Shown piece by piece: positions 25,542-38,059 of a DNA stretch of 64,000 bases. How positions within the stretch are numbered: position 1 is the stretch's first letter; each line of letters starts with the position of its first letter. The DNA lies in contig CM059432.1 in assembly GCA_030390025.1 (NCBI GenBank), positions 116,872,001 through 116,936,000 on the forward strand, given 5' to 3'. Under the pieces are notes generated by a model. It was not told where the DNA came from, searched no databases, and saw only the letters and a program-made list of their open reading frames with translations. A program made the translations under genes and the position numbers. The stretch is from Squalus acanthias (Eukaryota).

Positions 25542-26431
25542 GGGGGAGAAATTCGGTATCGCCCCGTTTGGGGCGCAATTTTCGGCTGGATGCAAAGTTT
25601 AGCACCTGGCGCTAATTGTCGCCTCCAACTGCAAACTTGGCTTCTATCGCCCCTGGAGGTGATTGGAGCGCTAAATCAGGCGCTACACACCTCTCTTAAG
25701 GTGCTAACGCCGAGGAGCGAGGCGCTAACTCAGAGCGCTGGCGAAGCTCACGTGATGTCAGTCAGCAGTGGAACACAAACACACTGGCGCCGGGCAGTAC
25801 TTAAAGGGGAGGGTCGATCTTGCTCTCCATCCACACCCTGCTTATTGCAGCCATGAATCTCGGCCTGGAGAGACCTGTACATCAAATCTGCTGGAAAGAA
25901 CAATGGAGAGGCCCAGGGAAAGAGCTCAGAATGCAGCCCCCATAGTCTCGTCTAAATCGATGCAAGGAAGGTCAAATCAAAATGAACCTGCAAAGTGCTG
26001 CTCAGTACCCAAAACTCCTTCACACAGCATTGAATTTCTCCAGAAGTCTCTCTCTCTCTCAGAATGCGCGGTGCAAAAATGTCGCCAACAAAAAAAGGCA
26101 AGAAGCGGTCGCCTTTAAATAGCACTCCCCCAGTCCCTTCCTGACTGCAAAACACTCCCCTCAACCTGTCGTTGCTAGCGGCAGGCGGTAAGGCAGGGGG
26201 CGCCACTCAATATCCAGTTCGGGGTGCTACCGGGGTGTTGCACGCTCGACTGACGTCAAGATCTGCGGGCGCAGGAGATCGGGCCGGTAGTGTTTAGCTC
26301 CGCCGCAAAATGTCTGGTCAATTTCGCGAGCGGCGCAAACATCGCCGCGCCCGGGCACTAGTTGCTTTGCGCCCCATTAGCGCCCTCTGAGGGCGCTAAC
26401 GGGAGGCGCAAAGCAACCGAATTTTTCCCCC
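25542..26431. mobile_element. CpG-rich Harbinger-type MITE (family B)
   Basis: TIR GGGGGAGAAATTCGGT / ACCGAATTTTTCCCCC, AAG TSD, GCGCTA subterminal repeats. Confidence 0.88.
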
Positions 26432-26595
26432 AAGATGTTTGTGTGTGAGAGAAAAAAAAGCAAAGACCCACTTCAAATGTGAAGGGTATTACTGATTATA
26501 CTCTTCTGGCAGCTTTTGTTTGTGTTTTGTAATAATATTTCTGTTTGTGTGTTTTTCAAAATGATTTGAATACAAATTGGATAATGAATTTCAAT

Positions 26596-27358
26596 GGCCC
26601 GGAATTTACGGTTGTAATGATGGCAAAACTGTCAGCGTTCGCTGTCATTACTGTGTAAAACTGAGGGCAACTTCTGGGATCCACACATGCGCAGTAAACG
26701 CGGAACTCCAGAAGTTGCTGTCAGTGATTCCCTGCTCCTCCACAGGGTGCGCTGTTGAAGTCCTTGCCGATGGAAATCTTAGAAATCACTTGAATTGAGG
26801 TTAGCTTCCATTTTTTATGCACTAATTTCGCTGTAAAAACCCCTGAAAAAGTTAAGCCTTGTTGAAAGAGGTGTAACTGATTTTTGAACAGCGTACTAAG
26901 TCATAATTATTGCTGAACAACCTCTCTGGCCCTGAAAAACTAATTTTATATTTGTGGAATGTCAAATTTCTCCATTATGATAAAAATTTCATAGATTTTT
27001 AAAATATAAAAAAAAAATTAAGTTTGTTTATGATCTTTCAGCTTCTACCTTAATCCCATGTGTATGTCACAATCTTTATTTCGCTTCTATAAAATGATTA
27101 AAAAGTGAAGGATAATCAGTGCTTTTTACTTCCTGGTATGCTGTCTGTGAGAATTCTTCATTGTAATTGGCTGCTTAGCCTGCTTGATGACATCGCTGTT
27201 GCTGGATGCCGGAGATCCCTAATACGTGGTGCTAGAATGAAATTAATGTCGGGAAAAATGAAATCCACACCACAGAAATCGCTAGACCATTGTGGGCAGC
27301 TTTCTTCAAGGTCAGCGGTGAGCACCGTCACTTCGCTGCTGACCACAAAATCTGAGCC
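26596..27358. mobile_element. Harbinger-type non-autonomous element (family A)
   Basis: GGCCCGGAATTT / AAAATCTGAGCC termini, AAT TSD; inverted homologue of 2925-3671. Confidence 0.85.
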
Positions 27359-29321
27359 AATAGGCTTTGAACTAAGCCTTTAAATAAAAGCTATTCCTTT
27401 TTGTTTGTTTCAGAAAGCTTTTAAAATGAAAGACAGGCAGGCAGATATGTGTATAGAGCAAAGTACATATTTAATTATGTAATTGTAAAATATGTATTTT
27501 TTGTTTATCATTAAGAAAGCTTATTTCTGAGGGGATTTTTTCTTACATGGCAAACAATTTAATTTTAAAAGATTTTCAGTTAACTAGAGCAGGCTGACCA
27601 TGTCACCTGTGTATGCTTATATTTATAATCTGGAAATAGACCACTGGGGCCTAGGGGGTGAATATGATTGGCCAGAGGGAGGAGTGTGATGTTCATTTTT
27701 GGTGATGCAGCAGCTCATCCCAATACTATACTAAAGTGTGTCAAACAAGCAATGTTAATATACAGAAATGGGGCTCTCTACAGCAAAAGGAACTAATGTA
27801 GGGAGTTAAATGCAAATAACATCATTGTGATTGTGTGATTCAGTGCTCCCAGTGCGGAGTGCTGGATGGCAAAATCACCTCATCACTGCTTCCAAAAACG
27901 CACATGCTTTGGGTCAACTTTGAGAATGTGTGTTTAGCTTAACATTTAGTAGAAAAATACTCCCTGCCCCAAAGAATTCCAAACATGAATGAGGCCAATA
28001 ATTTTTGACGTTTATGGTCAACGCTAAAGGAGTAAGTTTGCATATTTCTTTACAGATCCTGAGGGTAAGCTTCCAGCTGCAGTCAAAAGAGCTGAACATG
28101 ACAGCTGGAATATGGCCTGAGAGACATAATTAGGGGCAAGCTCATCCCAGTCTGAAAACTTCTTAAAAGAACTGGCATCACTTGTATTTTCCTGGCTTCT
28201 TGTGTTGCATTCCCCATGTTATGTGGAATACAACATTTGTTAAAAGAACATCGATTACTACCTCTAAAAGTGTAGAACACATTTTGGAGTAATAGTCATC
28301 TCTCTTTGTATTGAGATATTTTTCACCTGGTGTACTTCTCGGCTGTTTTCTCTCTATAATAATTTATCAAACTTTTTCTCAGACAGCTGCTTTTCCCAGT
28401 CAGTAAAGATCATTTATTACACAGTGTAAAAAGAAATCCCTCTTTTGGTTTGCATTGCAAATATTTTTTCATAAAGCACCCTTCCCCCGTCTGACCAGAA
28501 AATGTCTATCTTGTGGGTTACTCCCACCTAAAGTCATCTACTGCTGCTGAATTTATCCTCCTACAGTTCCTCAATTGTAATTTCTCTAGACTGCAGCATC
28601 TCTCACTTGACTTCTCACAAGAAATTCTTTGTGTAAGCTTCCTCTAACGATCTCTTCCCTCCCCAACCCCTCCCTCCATAGCTCCTGAAGTTTCCTTGCC
28701 CACTGATGGGTAGTCTGAGGCTTGCGTGGTATTTTGGTTAAGACTGCAGAGGCCATATGATGACATAGGCGGTCCTTTCCAGTACTGAAGATTCCCATAT
28801 TCCTATAGAGACGTGGGGGGCAATTTTCTCAGCCCCGAGGAGGCGGGAAAATCGCAAAAAATGAGTGCGGGTTCGGAACCCGCCTCCAACCCGCCTCTGC
28901 GGGATTTATCCGGTGCCGGTTTTGCAGGGTGGGAAACGGTCTCGCCTCCAGCAGGCCAGAGAGGTTGTTAAGAGCCTTAAATGGTCGTTAAGGGCCTCTC
29001 TAGTCCTACTTTGAGAGGCCCTCGTTATTTTTTGACATTTTTAGCATGTTCCACGACCCTCCTAAACCACGCCAGCTAAAACTGGCAGGTTGACAAGTAG
29101 GTTGCCTCCTCACAGCTGCATCTCCACCATTAAAATGGAGCTTTCATCAGGGATTAGTTGCAGGTGGCAGAACTTTGCTTTAAAAGGTGTTTCAGCACTT
29201 TTAGCAGGCCTTCCGAAGTCTGAGGTGCTGCAGCTTGAATCTCTCAACTGTGGGACCTCCTTGGAAGACCCTCTCCCCGCTTGCAATGAGCGCTTCCCCA
29301 ACGGAGGCATCTGCAAGCAGC

Positions 29322-32194
29322 ATGGGAACCATTCGTTTCCTTTCACCATGGACCTCAGATTCGAATGAGGAGCATCCACGGCAGCAGCAGAACCAGGCAG
29401 CTCAGCAGCAACAGCAGCAGGAGCCCCAACCTCCTGCTCAGCCACCAGATGCTGCACAGGGCAGAAGGCGCCAGTGCATCGAGGCACCTCGCCGCAGGAG
29501 ATACCCCCGACAGAGGGTTTACAGACAGAGGATGAGCTACCTCAACATGAGTGAGTAGCAGTGCCAAAGGAGGCTGAGACTTTCGCGAGAGGTTGTCCGA
29601 GATATCTGCGCACTGCTGCAGCAAGACCTGGTGCCCAGAGGAACGGGTGGACACCTCTTACCAGCGGCTGTCAAAGTTACCACTGCACTCAACTTCTTTG
29701 CCTTAGGCTCCTTCCAGGGATCATCAGCAGACATCAGCAGCATCTCCCAGTCAGCCGCCCACAGTTGCATCACGCAGGTTACCGATGCCATTTTCGCAAA
29801 GGCGCACAATTACATCCAGTTCTCAAGGGATCAAGCAAGTATAACCGTGCATTCGGTTGGCTTTGCAAATATGGCAGGCTTGCCAATGGTGCAGGGCATC
29901 ATAGACTGCACACATGTGGCCCTTAGGGCACCCCATCACAACCCAGCTATCTTTGTCAACCGCAAGGGCTTCCACTCCCACAACGTACAAGGAGTTTTTG
30001 CATGTTTGCGCCAAGTTCTGTGGTAGTTGCCATGACTCTTTCATCCTGCGGCATTCTAGTGTTCCTCCGCTTTTCAATCCGCCAAACCAACTGAACGGAT
30101 GGCTCCTTGGTGACAAAGGCTACCCCCTGAAGAAGTGGCTAAGGACACCGATCAGGAGGCCAGCGAACGAGGCTGAAGAGCGCTACAACGCCAGCCACAC
30201 TTCGACCAGGTCCATCATTGTAAGGGTTTCCTTGACCGACTCTCAGCCTGTGAGATTCGTGTGGCTCTGTGCAGCCTGTATGTTAGTGCGGGTTTAGGCC
30301 TTGTTGCCTGTTCTGGTCTCCAGCCAGTCTGGGAGCACTATACACACCTGTGAGTGGTTCGAATCACTCGCCCTTACGGTTCTAGACACTGGACTTAGAT
30401 GCGAGAGCAGTAATGGAGATGAAACTCAGGTAGACTCGGTTGAATGGTACGAAATGGAAAATCTTTATTGCATAATACTTAAGATTACGAAATACATGTC
30501 ATAAGCACAGATTAATGACAGTACAATCTTACACGCAGTTATGTGACTAATTTCAGGGAAACGAGGAACGAACGACACACCGTAAATGGGGGCACACATT
30601 ACAATTATCCTTAATACTTGAAACCCTCCCCTATCAATATCTGTCCTAAGCTAGATTCGTAGGATTCGAGACTCATGCTCACCACTCGTGATAACTCGGA
30701 GAAATTCCGAATAGCTGATCGGATGTTTTTCACCGCAGCACCCACGTGTCGATCAGGGGGTCTCCTGGCCCCACTTGTTTACTCGTTTCTACTCCGGCTA
30801 GCAGGCTGGAGCGTCTGCTGTCATGAAGATCTGTGTTGGTGGTTTTCAGAGTCCAGTCAATACTTAAGAAAAGAATCTTCCTGTGTCCGTTCTGTAAAGT
30901 TCGAAGAAGTCTTCCTGGCAAGGAAAATGTCAATTCGACCTACAGGCGCGGTCGGGGCTTACTGACCGTGGCGATAAGTATGGTCTTCGTCTCTTCCCAT
31001 CTCATCTCATCTCATCTCATCTCTTCTCGGGCCTTTGGTTCCGATACCGTTTATCAACACAGGTCTTCGCGACACGACACGAGGTAGATCCGAGCGGATC
31101 ACAAAGTTCAACAGTCTTTTAAAAGAGACACGAGGCAAGCAGGAACAAGACGGCGAGTCAAGAACACAGGAGCAGCCACGAGGATGAACACCAGCAAGAT
31201 ACGAAGATAAGAGCGAGATGGACGGTTGGAGCTTGTAATTATAGTACAAAATCTTCCGTTTCCCGCCCAACCTTAATGTCTTTTCTTTTGTTAGGGTTTG
31301 GCACTCAAAATGTCTTGTATAGGTGATCTCCGTTTTTAATGGGTTTCGGGGCTACTTGTAAATGTCTGAGTACCTGTTAATATTTCTCCCATTGTTTAAT
31401 CGGTCGGTGTTCTCCCTGGAGGGGTTTTGGGGCTTCCAAGTGTTTTCTGTAACTACCCACTAACAGCTCTCTCATCGTAGAGTCGTTGGGATTTTACATA
31501 TTAATGTCTTTGGATGGGCTCTTGATTACTTGGTACAATAGCTTTCATTCGTACCTGGGAGACCGATTTCAGTATTTATGTGTATACTGTAAACCCATGA
31601 TGTCTCGTGTATTATCTTCAATGTGCTGAATCTTAATCGATCTTGCACAAATGTTTATTGGAACGCCATCTTGTCTGCCTGTCGAAAAGTCTAGAATGTT
31701 CCGCCACGAGGTGCGGCAGCCATTTTACAAGCTGCTTGTGTCCACTTTGAAACCTGACAGCATTCTGCTGAAATAAAAGCTGTTTGAACGAAACTAAGTG
31801 TTTTCTCCTTATTAATGAAATCGCGATATATTGCGAATTCTACATCATCAAGCAAACCATTGGGTTGTTGAAGATGCGCTTCCGATGCCTTGACCAATCA
31901 GGTGGAGCCCTGCAGTATACACCATACAGGGTCTCCAGAATGGTCGTGGTCTGCTGTGCACTGCACAACATCACACAGCGTAGTGGCTTGCAGCTTCCTG
32001 ATGAGCAAGTGGTGAAGTTCCAAGCCTCCTCAGATGAGGATGAGGATGAGAAGGAGGAGGAGGATGAGGAGGCTAAGGAGGAGGAGCAGGAGGAGGACCG
32101 AGCGCCTGTCTATCGACCAGCTGCAGCGGCAGCACGCAAGCACATGGCTGCCCGTGATGCAAGGGATGCACTTATCCTGGCCAGATTTGCATAG
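29322..32194 (+). pseudogene. Harbinger (HARBI1-like) DDE transposase pseudogene
   Basis: Motifs [74 protein letters not shown] and an acidic tail. Stop at 29556, frameshift near 29990, insertion at 30219-31844. Confidence 0.93.
30219..31844. mobile_element. Long solo-LTR-like element, copy 2
   Basis: TGTAAGGG...GCGAATTCTACA termini with a TCAT TSD. Removing the element and one TSD restores the transposase frame (SII-KQTIG). Confidence 0.9.
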
Positions 32195-32419
32195 GTTGCC
32201 CATGTTGGCACATGTCCTTGGCTCCATCTTAAGACATGATAGAAAATTGACATGACTCTCTGGCCTCCTTTAACTCTGGCCACCAACCTGACAACGCAAG
32301 TGTCGCGGAGCCCGCAATGTGGAGCTGCTTAAGGCGAAAGAACAGATGCCATCACGCCAACATTGTTCCATCAAATCATTTTAATGCTTTCCAACAGGGA
32401 TGGCATTTCATCAATACAC

Positions 32420-32633
32420 ATAAACATTCACCCAATCTGCACACAGATCTGGAGGTTATATCCCTTGCCAGCTGGACCCACACAGCCTTGGTTTCTTTGG
32501 GAGGCCTTTTCCTCCCAGATGAGGGGAAGAGCACCTCCCTGCTAGCTCTTACCCCCTCAACCAACATTTACAGCGCTTCATCTGAGAACCTCGGGGAGGC
32601 CCTTGCCTTGGAATGTTGCAGGTGGTGCAGCAT
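32420..32633 (-). pseudogene. Harbinger Myb/SANT-like DNA-binding protein, truncated
   Basis: MLHHLQHSKARASPRFSDEAL*MLVEGVRASREVLFPSSGRKRPPKETKAVWVQLARDITSRS fits the RF(S/T)xxE...W pattern of Harbinger Myb-like proteins. Confidence 0.85.
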
Positions 32634-33944
32634 CGACAGAAATCAAGTGGAATGATCCAAGGCAGCAAGCAGCCCTTAAATGAGGCTGGAAATGTGATGT
32701 CAGCAGAGGCGAGCTTCAGTCCCAAAACACGAATTGACCAAGGACAACCCACACCTCTGAAATCAACTGGCCAATTAGGGGAAAATCGCAATTTTTTCAA
32801 ACCTATCAGTGGAGCCAGGTTTGGAACCCACCCAAACCGAAACCCACCTCCAACCCGCCTCCAGTGGGAGAATCGCCCCCGTGATGTTACGAGATGGTGA
32901 CATGCTATCAGATTTGATGCAGTATTTTTTTCTTCAAAAGGGCAATTAAAAAAATAGTTTTAAAGAAAAAATAATTAGTTCCGAAACATGATTTAGTATT
33001 CTTGTTTTAAATCACTGGTTTGGTTGCTTTGGTTTTCATTTCAATCGGATCTATGTTTATCCCAACTGATACTGTAGACCTTTCATTAGAGACAGCAGGA
33101 AACCAGCTAATACCTTGAACATAATTATCTTTAGCTTTTCAAAATTGAAATTCCTCTCGGTTAATATAACTAGGCAAATATTCATATTGAACATGGTTTC
33201 ACTTTCATTAAATTTGCCTTTATGCCTATCTTTTATACAACAGTTTGTCCCATTGAAGATTATGTTGAAAAGCTAGTCTAAGCTGCAGGGAACCTTATCC
33301 GAAAGGTCAATCTGCAAACTACAGCAACAACAGTAGGTAATGTATTGATTAGCAGAGAATATTACTTGAACCAGTTTAGAAATTCAAAGTGCACAATCAT
33401 TTTTATATCAAACAACAGCTTCAAATACTGCAATGCAATAATATACAGAGTCCTAGCGATTAACTTTCAGTTATGAAATGCTTGTTGATGTATATCAAAA
33501 GGAAACATTTACAATAATTTGCCGCATTATATTTTATATTTATGTATTCTCTTTTTAATTGCTTAAAGGGTGGTAAATTTCCTCTGTTCACTACTTGCAG
33601 CATAATCATAGGTGTGTTTTTTTTACAAATGATAAACAGAGGAAATCTTCCCCCTTGAGAGAATTCAGTGTGATATACAATGTGATTGTATACCACTAAA
33701 GTGAATAATTTGTGAAATATTTTACAATTTTTGTATCATTGAAGAACTGATGGGGTGATTTTTGTGGAGTTGGTAGGAGCCTGAGTTATCCTTCGAAACC
33801 AGCCTGGGACCAGAGGCCGGGCGGGGCATCCGATATTCCCAGTCTAAAGCATCATAATTATCAAGATAGGCTAAAAGAGTTGGGACTCTACACTTCAGAG
33901 AAGTGTAGACTTAGGGGGGATCTGACTGAGGTTTATAAAGAAAG

Positions 33945-34374
33945 AAAGACTTGCATTTATATAGTGCCTTTCACGACCACCGGACACCTCAAAGCACTTT
34001 ACAGCCAATGAAGTACTTTTTGGAGTGTAGTCACTGTTGTAAAGTGGGATATGCGGCAGCCAATTTGCGCACAGCAAGCTCCCACAAACAGCAATGTGAT
34101 AATGACCAGATAATCTGTTTTTGTTATGTTGATTGAGGCATAAATATTGGCCAGGACACCGGGGGTAACTCTCCTGCTCTTCTTCGAAATAGTGCCCTGG
34201 GATCTTTTACGTCCACCCGAGAGAGCAGACGGGGCCTCGGTTTACCGTCTCATCCGAAAGACAGCCCCTCCGGCAGTGCAGCACTCCCTCGGTACTGCAC
34301 TGGAGTGTCAGCCCAGATTTTTGTGCTCAAGTCCCTGGAGTGGGACTTGAACCCACAACCTTCTGACTCAGAGG
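33945..34374 (-). mobile_element. tRNA-derived DeuSINE (SacSINE1-like), well preserved, lacking the first few bases of the head
   Basis: B-box GGTTCAAGTCC on the minus strand, core 'gggatcttttacgtccac', tail 'ataaatgcaagtctttcttt'. Confidence 0.85.
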
Positions 34375-36122
34375 TCACCTGTGATAAGATTGTGTTCCAG
34401 TTGACAGTTTGTTTCAATTAAATAGGTTAGGGAAGACCAGGAGTCACAAATTTAAGTTGTATAAGGCCAGATCTAGGTTAGATGTCAGGAGCTGGTTCTT
34501 TTCTGAGAGAATAGTGGATGTCTGGAACAGGCTGATGCAGCATCTTCCACACTGCCTTTTATCTAACTTGGATTACAGCAATTTCTGTTGACCACCTTTA
34601 CATATATAAGGTGATGTGAAGGAGCTGCATTTTTCAGATTTTCCTTCTTCAGTTGGTCCCAATAGTACAGTGACCATGAAATTGCATGGTTGTTCTGTCA
34701 GTCTCCTGCTGTAACACCAATGGGAGATGGATGAAACCCCCAGGGAATGGCATAAATGGATGAATTCAGCGTTTTACTCCGTTTCCCTGGGGGTGACGGT
34801 GGGAGACCGTTGGAGCCCCATGGAATTTCAGGGCCATTGTATTTTCTGTTTTTCCAGCTTGAAGTGGTTACCAAAAATTGTTTGTAGTTGAGCAATTCAG
34901 AAAGAAAGGACTTGTATTTAAATAACGCCTTTCACATTCTCAGGATATGTCAGAGTGCTTCACAGCCAGTGAATTACTTCCCATCCACATCCCTTTAATT
35001 TTCACCTACACTACAGTTTTCCACTCCCACCACTGGGAGTAGATTTTGAGACCTCCCCCCAGGCAGAAACAGTTTTACCCCGAAAATGGTGAGGAATGAC
35101 TTACCGTCCCATTCCCGCTGACGATGTGGCCACTGCTGTCTTCCGTAGGGCCTACCAATGGACAGCCAGAGCACCTGGTTAAGTTAGGTGGTCAGCCCTT
35201 TATGCAATTATGGTGTCCATAGGCCACCCCCCAATTGGCATTTTATGACTTATTTGGGCAGAGTGTGCGAAGAGAGGCCCAGAGGTAAGTTTTAATTTAT
35301 GTTTGAGGAGGTGGGAGAAGCAGGAGTGTACCTCCGAGCTTCACAAAATCAACCTGGGCCACTGCCGCACTGGGTCCTGAGAATGGAACACCCTTTCCCT
35401 CTGGAACTACCTTGTCCCAGGCTCACAGGCTGACCAGGCCGCCTGACATTGTGGTGGTCCGGAGCTGGCCGTCTGCCCTGGGGCACATGCTTTCCGTCCA
35501 CAGCCTGCCGGCCCTGTCTTAATGAGGCCTGGCCTGCCAAGTGGACTGGAAATCGCACGGAGGGAAAATTTACCCACTGGCGTGCTCATCGCGTATGCCC
35601 AAATCTGCACCTGGAGCGGTAAATAATTATGCAACCTTGGAAAATTGAATTCACAATACCGTTCTCTATTTGGAAATCCCATTCACACCTCCTCCAACCC
35701 TATTTGGACTGCACTTTTCCAACTCTGGCCACCTCCATCCAGCTGTTTTAGCCCCACCCTAAACCCCTACACTTTGCTGCGTCTCTTCTTATCTTCAAAA
35801 ACCTCCTCAAATCATATCTCTTGAACAATGCTCAGCAGCCATTGTCTCCTCTGAAGCTCTTTAATATGTTTTGCTATGTTCAGGGCGCTATATAAAGGCT
35901 TGTTATCTTCACTGAACAGAAATTATTCAGTCATTTTTCTGCGTAATGGTAGTTTAGTGCTAGTGCTTAAAAATGTGGTAGAGACATTACAAAGGCAAAA
36001 TCTGTCTCAACATAAGGAAGTTTAATTTTATAAAGTCAACACGGTGCAAAGATTGTTTTAAAAACAGAAAATGCTGGAAACGCTCAGTAGGTCTGGCAGC
36101 AAAACCAACAAAGGTTTTTAAA

Positions 36123-37656
36123 ATTTGTTTATGGGATGTGGGCGTCGCTGGCAAGGCCAGCATTTATTGCCCATCCCTAGTTGCCCTTGAGAAGGTGTTG
36201 GTGAGCTGCCTTCTTGAACCGCTGCAGTCTGTGTGGTGAAGGCACTCCCACAGTGCTGTTAAGTGGGGAGTTCCAGGATTTTGACCCAGCGACGATGAAG
36301 GATCGGTGATATATTTCCAAGTCAGGATGGTGTGTGACTTCGAGGGGAACTTGGAGGTGGTGGTGTTCCCATGCGCCTGCTGCCCTTGTCCTTCTAGGTG
36401 GAAGAGGTCATGGGTTTGGGAGGTGCTGCCGAAGAAGCCTTGGCGAGTTGCTGCAGTGCATCTTGTAGATGGTACACACTGCAGCCACGGTACGCCGGTG
36501 GTGGAGGGTGTGAATGTTTAAGGTGGTCGATGGGGTGCCAATCAAGCGGGCTGCTTTGTCCTGGATGGTGTCGAGCTTCTTGAGTATTGTTGGAGCTGCA
36601 CTCATCCAGGCAATTGGCGAGTATTCCATCACACTCCTTACTTGTGCCTTGTAGATGGTAGAAAGGCTTTGGGGAGTCAGGAGGTGAGACACTCGCTGCA
36701 GAATACCTAGCCTCTGACCTGCTCTTGTTGCCACAGTATTTATGTGGCTGGTCCAGTTACGTTTCTGGTCAATGGGGACCCCCAGGATGTTGATGGTGGG
36801 GGATTCGGCGATGGTAATGCCATTGAATGTCAAGGTGGTTAGATTCTCGCTTGTTGGAGATAGTCATTGCCTGGCACTTCTGTGGTGCGAATGTTATATG
36901 CCACTTATCAGCCCAAGCCTGAATGTCGTCCAGGTCTTGTTGCATGCGGGCATGGACTGCTTCATTATCTGAGGAGTTGTGAATGGCACTGAACACTGTG
37001 CAGTCATCAGCGAACATCCCCATATCTGACCTTATGTTGGAGGGAAGGTCATTGATGAAGCAGCTGAAGATAGTTGGGCCTAGGACACTGCCCTGAGGAA
37101 CTCCTGCAGCGATGTCCTGGGGCTGTGATGATTGACCTTCAATTACCACAACCATCTTCCTTTGTGCTAGGTATGACTCCAGCCAGTGGAGAGTTTTCCC
37201 CCCGATTCCCATTGACTTCAGTTTTACAAGGGCTCCTTCATGCCACACTTGGTCAAATGCTGCCTTGAAGTCAAGGGCAGTCACTCTCACCCCACCTCTG
37301 GAATTCAGCTCCTTTGTCCATATTTGGACCAAGGCTATAATGAGGTCGGGAGCTGAGTGGTCTTGGTGGAACCCAAACTGGGCATCAGTGAGCAGGTTAT
37401 TAGTGAGTAAGTGCCGCTTGATAGCACTGTCGATGACACCTTCCATCACTTTGCCGATGATTGAGAGTAGAATGATGGGGCGGTAATTGGCCGGATTGGA
37501 TTTGTCCTGCTTTTTGTGAACCGGACATACCTGGCCAGTTTTCCACATTGTCGGATAGATGCCAGTGTTGTAGCTGTACTGGAACAGCTTGGCTAGAGGT
37601 GCGGCTAGTTCTGGAGCACGAGTCTTCATCACGATAGCTGGGATGTTGTCAGGGTT
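36123..37656 (-). mobile_element. 5'-truncated non-LTR retrotransposon (CR1 group, second family): RT and 3' UTR
   Basis: 287-aa RT ORF ([31 protein letters not shown]) and a frameshifted C-terminal ORF. The same 3' end recurs at 47250-47498 and 60778-61212. Confidence 0.9.
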
Positions 37657-38059
37657 TTGACAGCTCTTAGCAGAAACTATTAGTACTTAATTTCTCCTGA
37701 TGAAATGAGTTTATGAATGTTGACTAATGTTAAATTATAGAGCTGCCACCTTTGTTGAAAACAATTTGAAATGAAAAATGTGCACTTGTTTGTGCTCTAT
37801 TGCCAAAATGTCTAGTAATTGCAAAATGTACATACTTTTGTGATGAATGAGTAATATATATCACACAAACTTATCATATCCTGAATACAGCTCTGTGCGT
37901 CGATCATAATGCCAACTTATCTGGAAGGCTATGGGTAAATTTCCCAAGGTTCCTGGCACGGTGCCTTACTCAACTATAATTTTTTTTAAATTGGAAATAT
38001 TACAAATCGGCTGCACTGGCCTCTGTACCTAAGTATCTAATTCATGCTCTTTTTTGAAG

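Larger units (their letters stand above)
28816..32880. mobile_element. PIF/Harbinger DNA transposon with convergent transposase and Myb-like genes (defective, interrupted by LTR-like copy 2)
   Basis: TIR GGGGGCAATTTTCTC / GGGAGAATCGCCCCC, GTG TSD, subterminal CCCGCCTC repeats. Confidence 0.92.

Noticed and set aside
2925..27358. A giant composite transposon bounded by the inverted family A copies
   Set aside because: The copy at 26596 has its own TSD, each copy has both termini, and the interval includes host exons, so these are independent insertions.
30675..30965. Small ORF starting MLTTRD shared by LTR-like copies 1 and 2
   Set aside because: The frames diverge after ~25 codons and copy 3 is frameshifted, so conservation is at the nucleotide level only.
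29322..32194. Domesticated host gene HARBI1, or NAIF1/MSANTD for the Myb ORF
   Set aside because: In-frame stops, a frameshift, an LTR insertion, and flanking TIRs with a TSD show a decayed transposon rather than a host gene.
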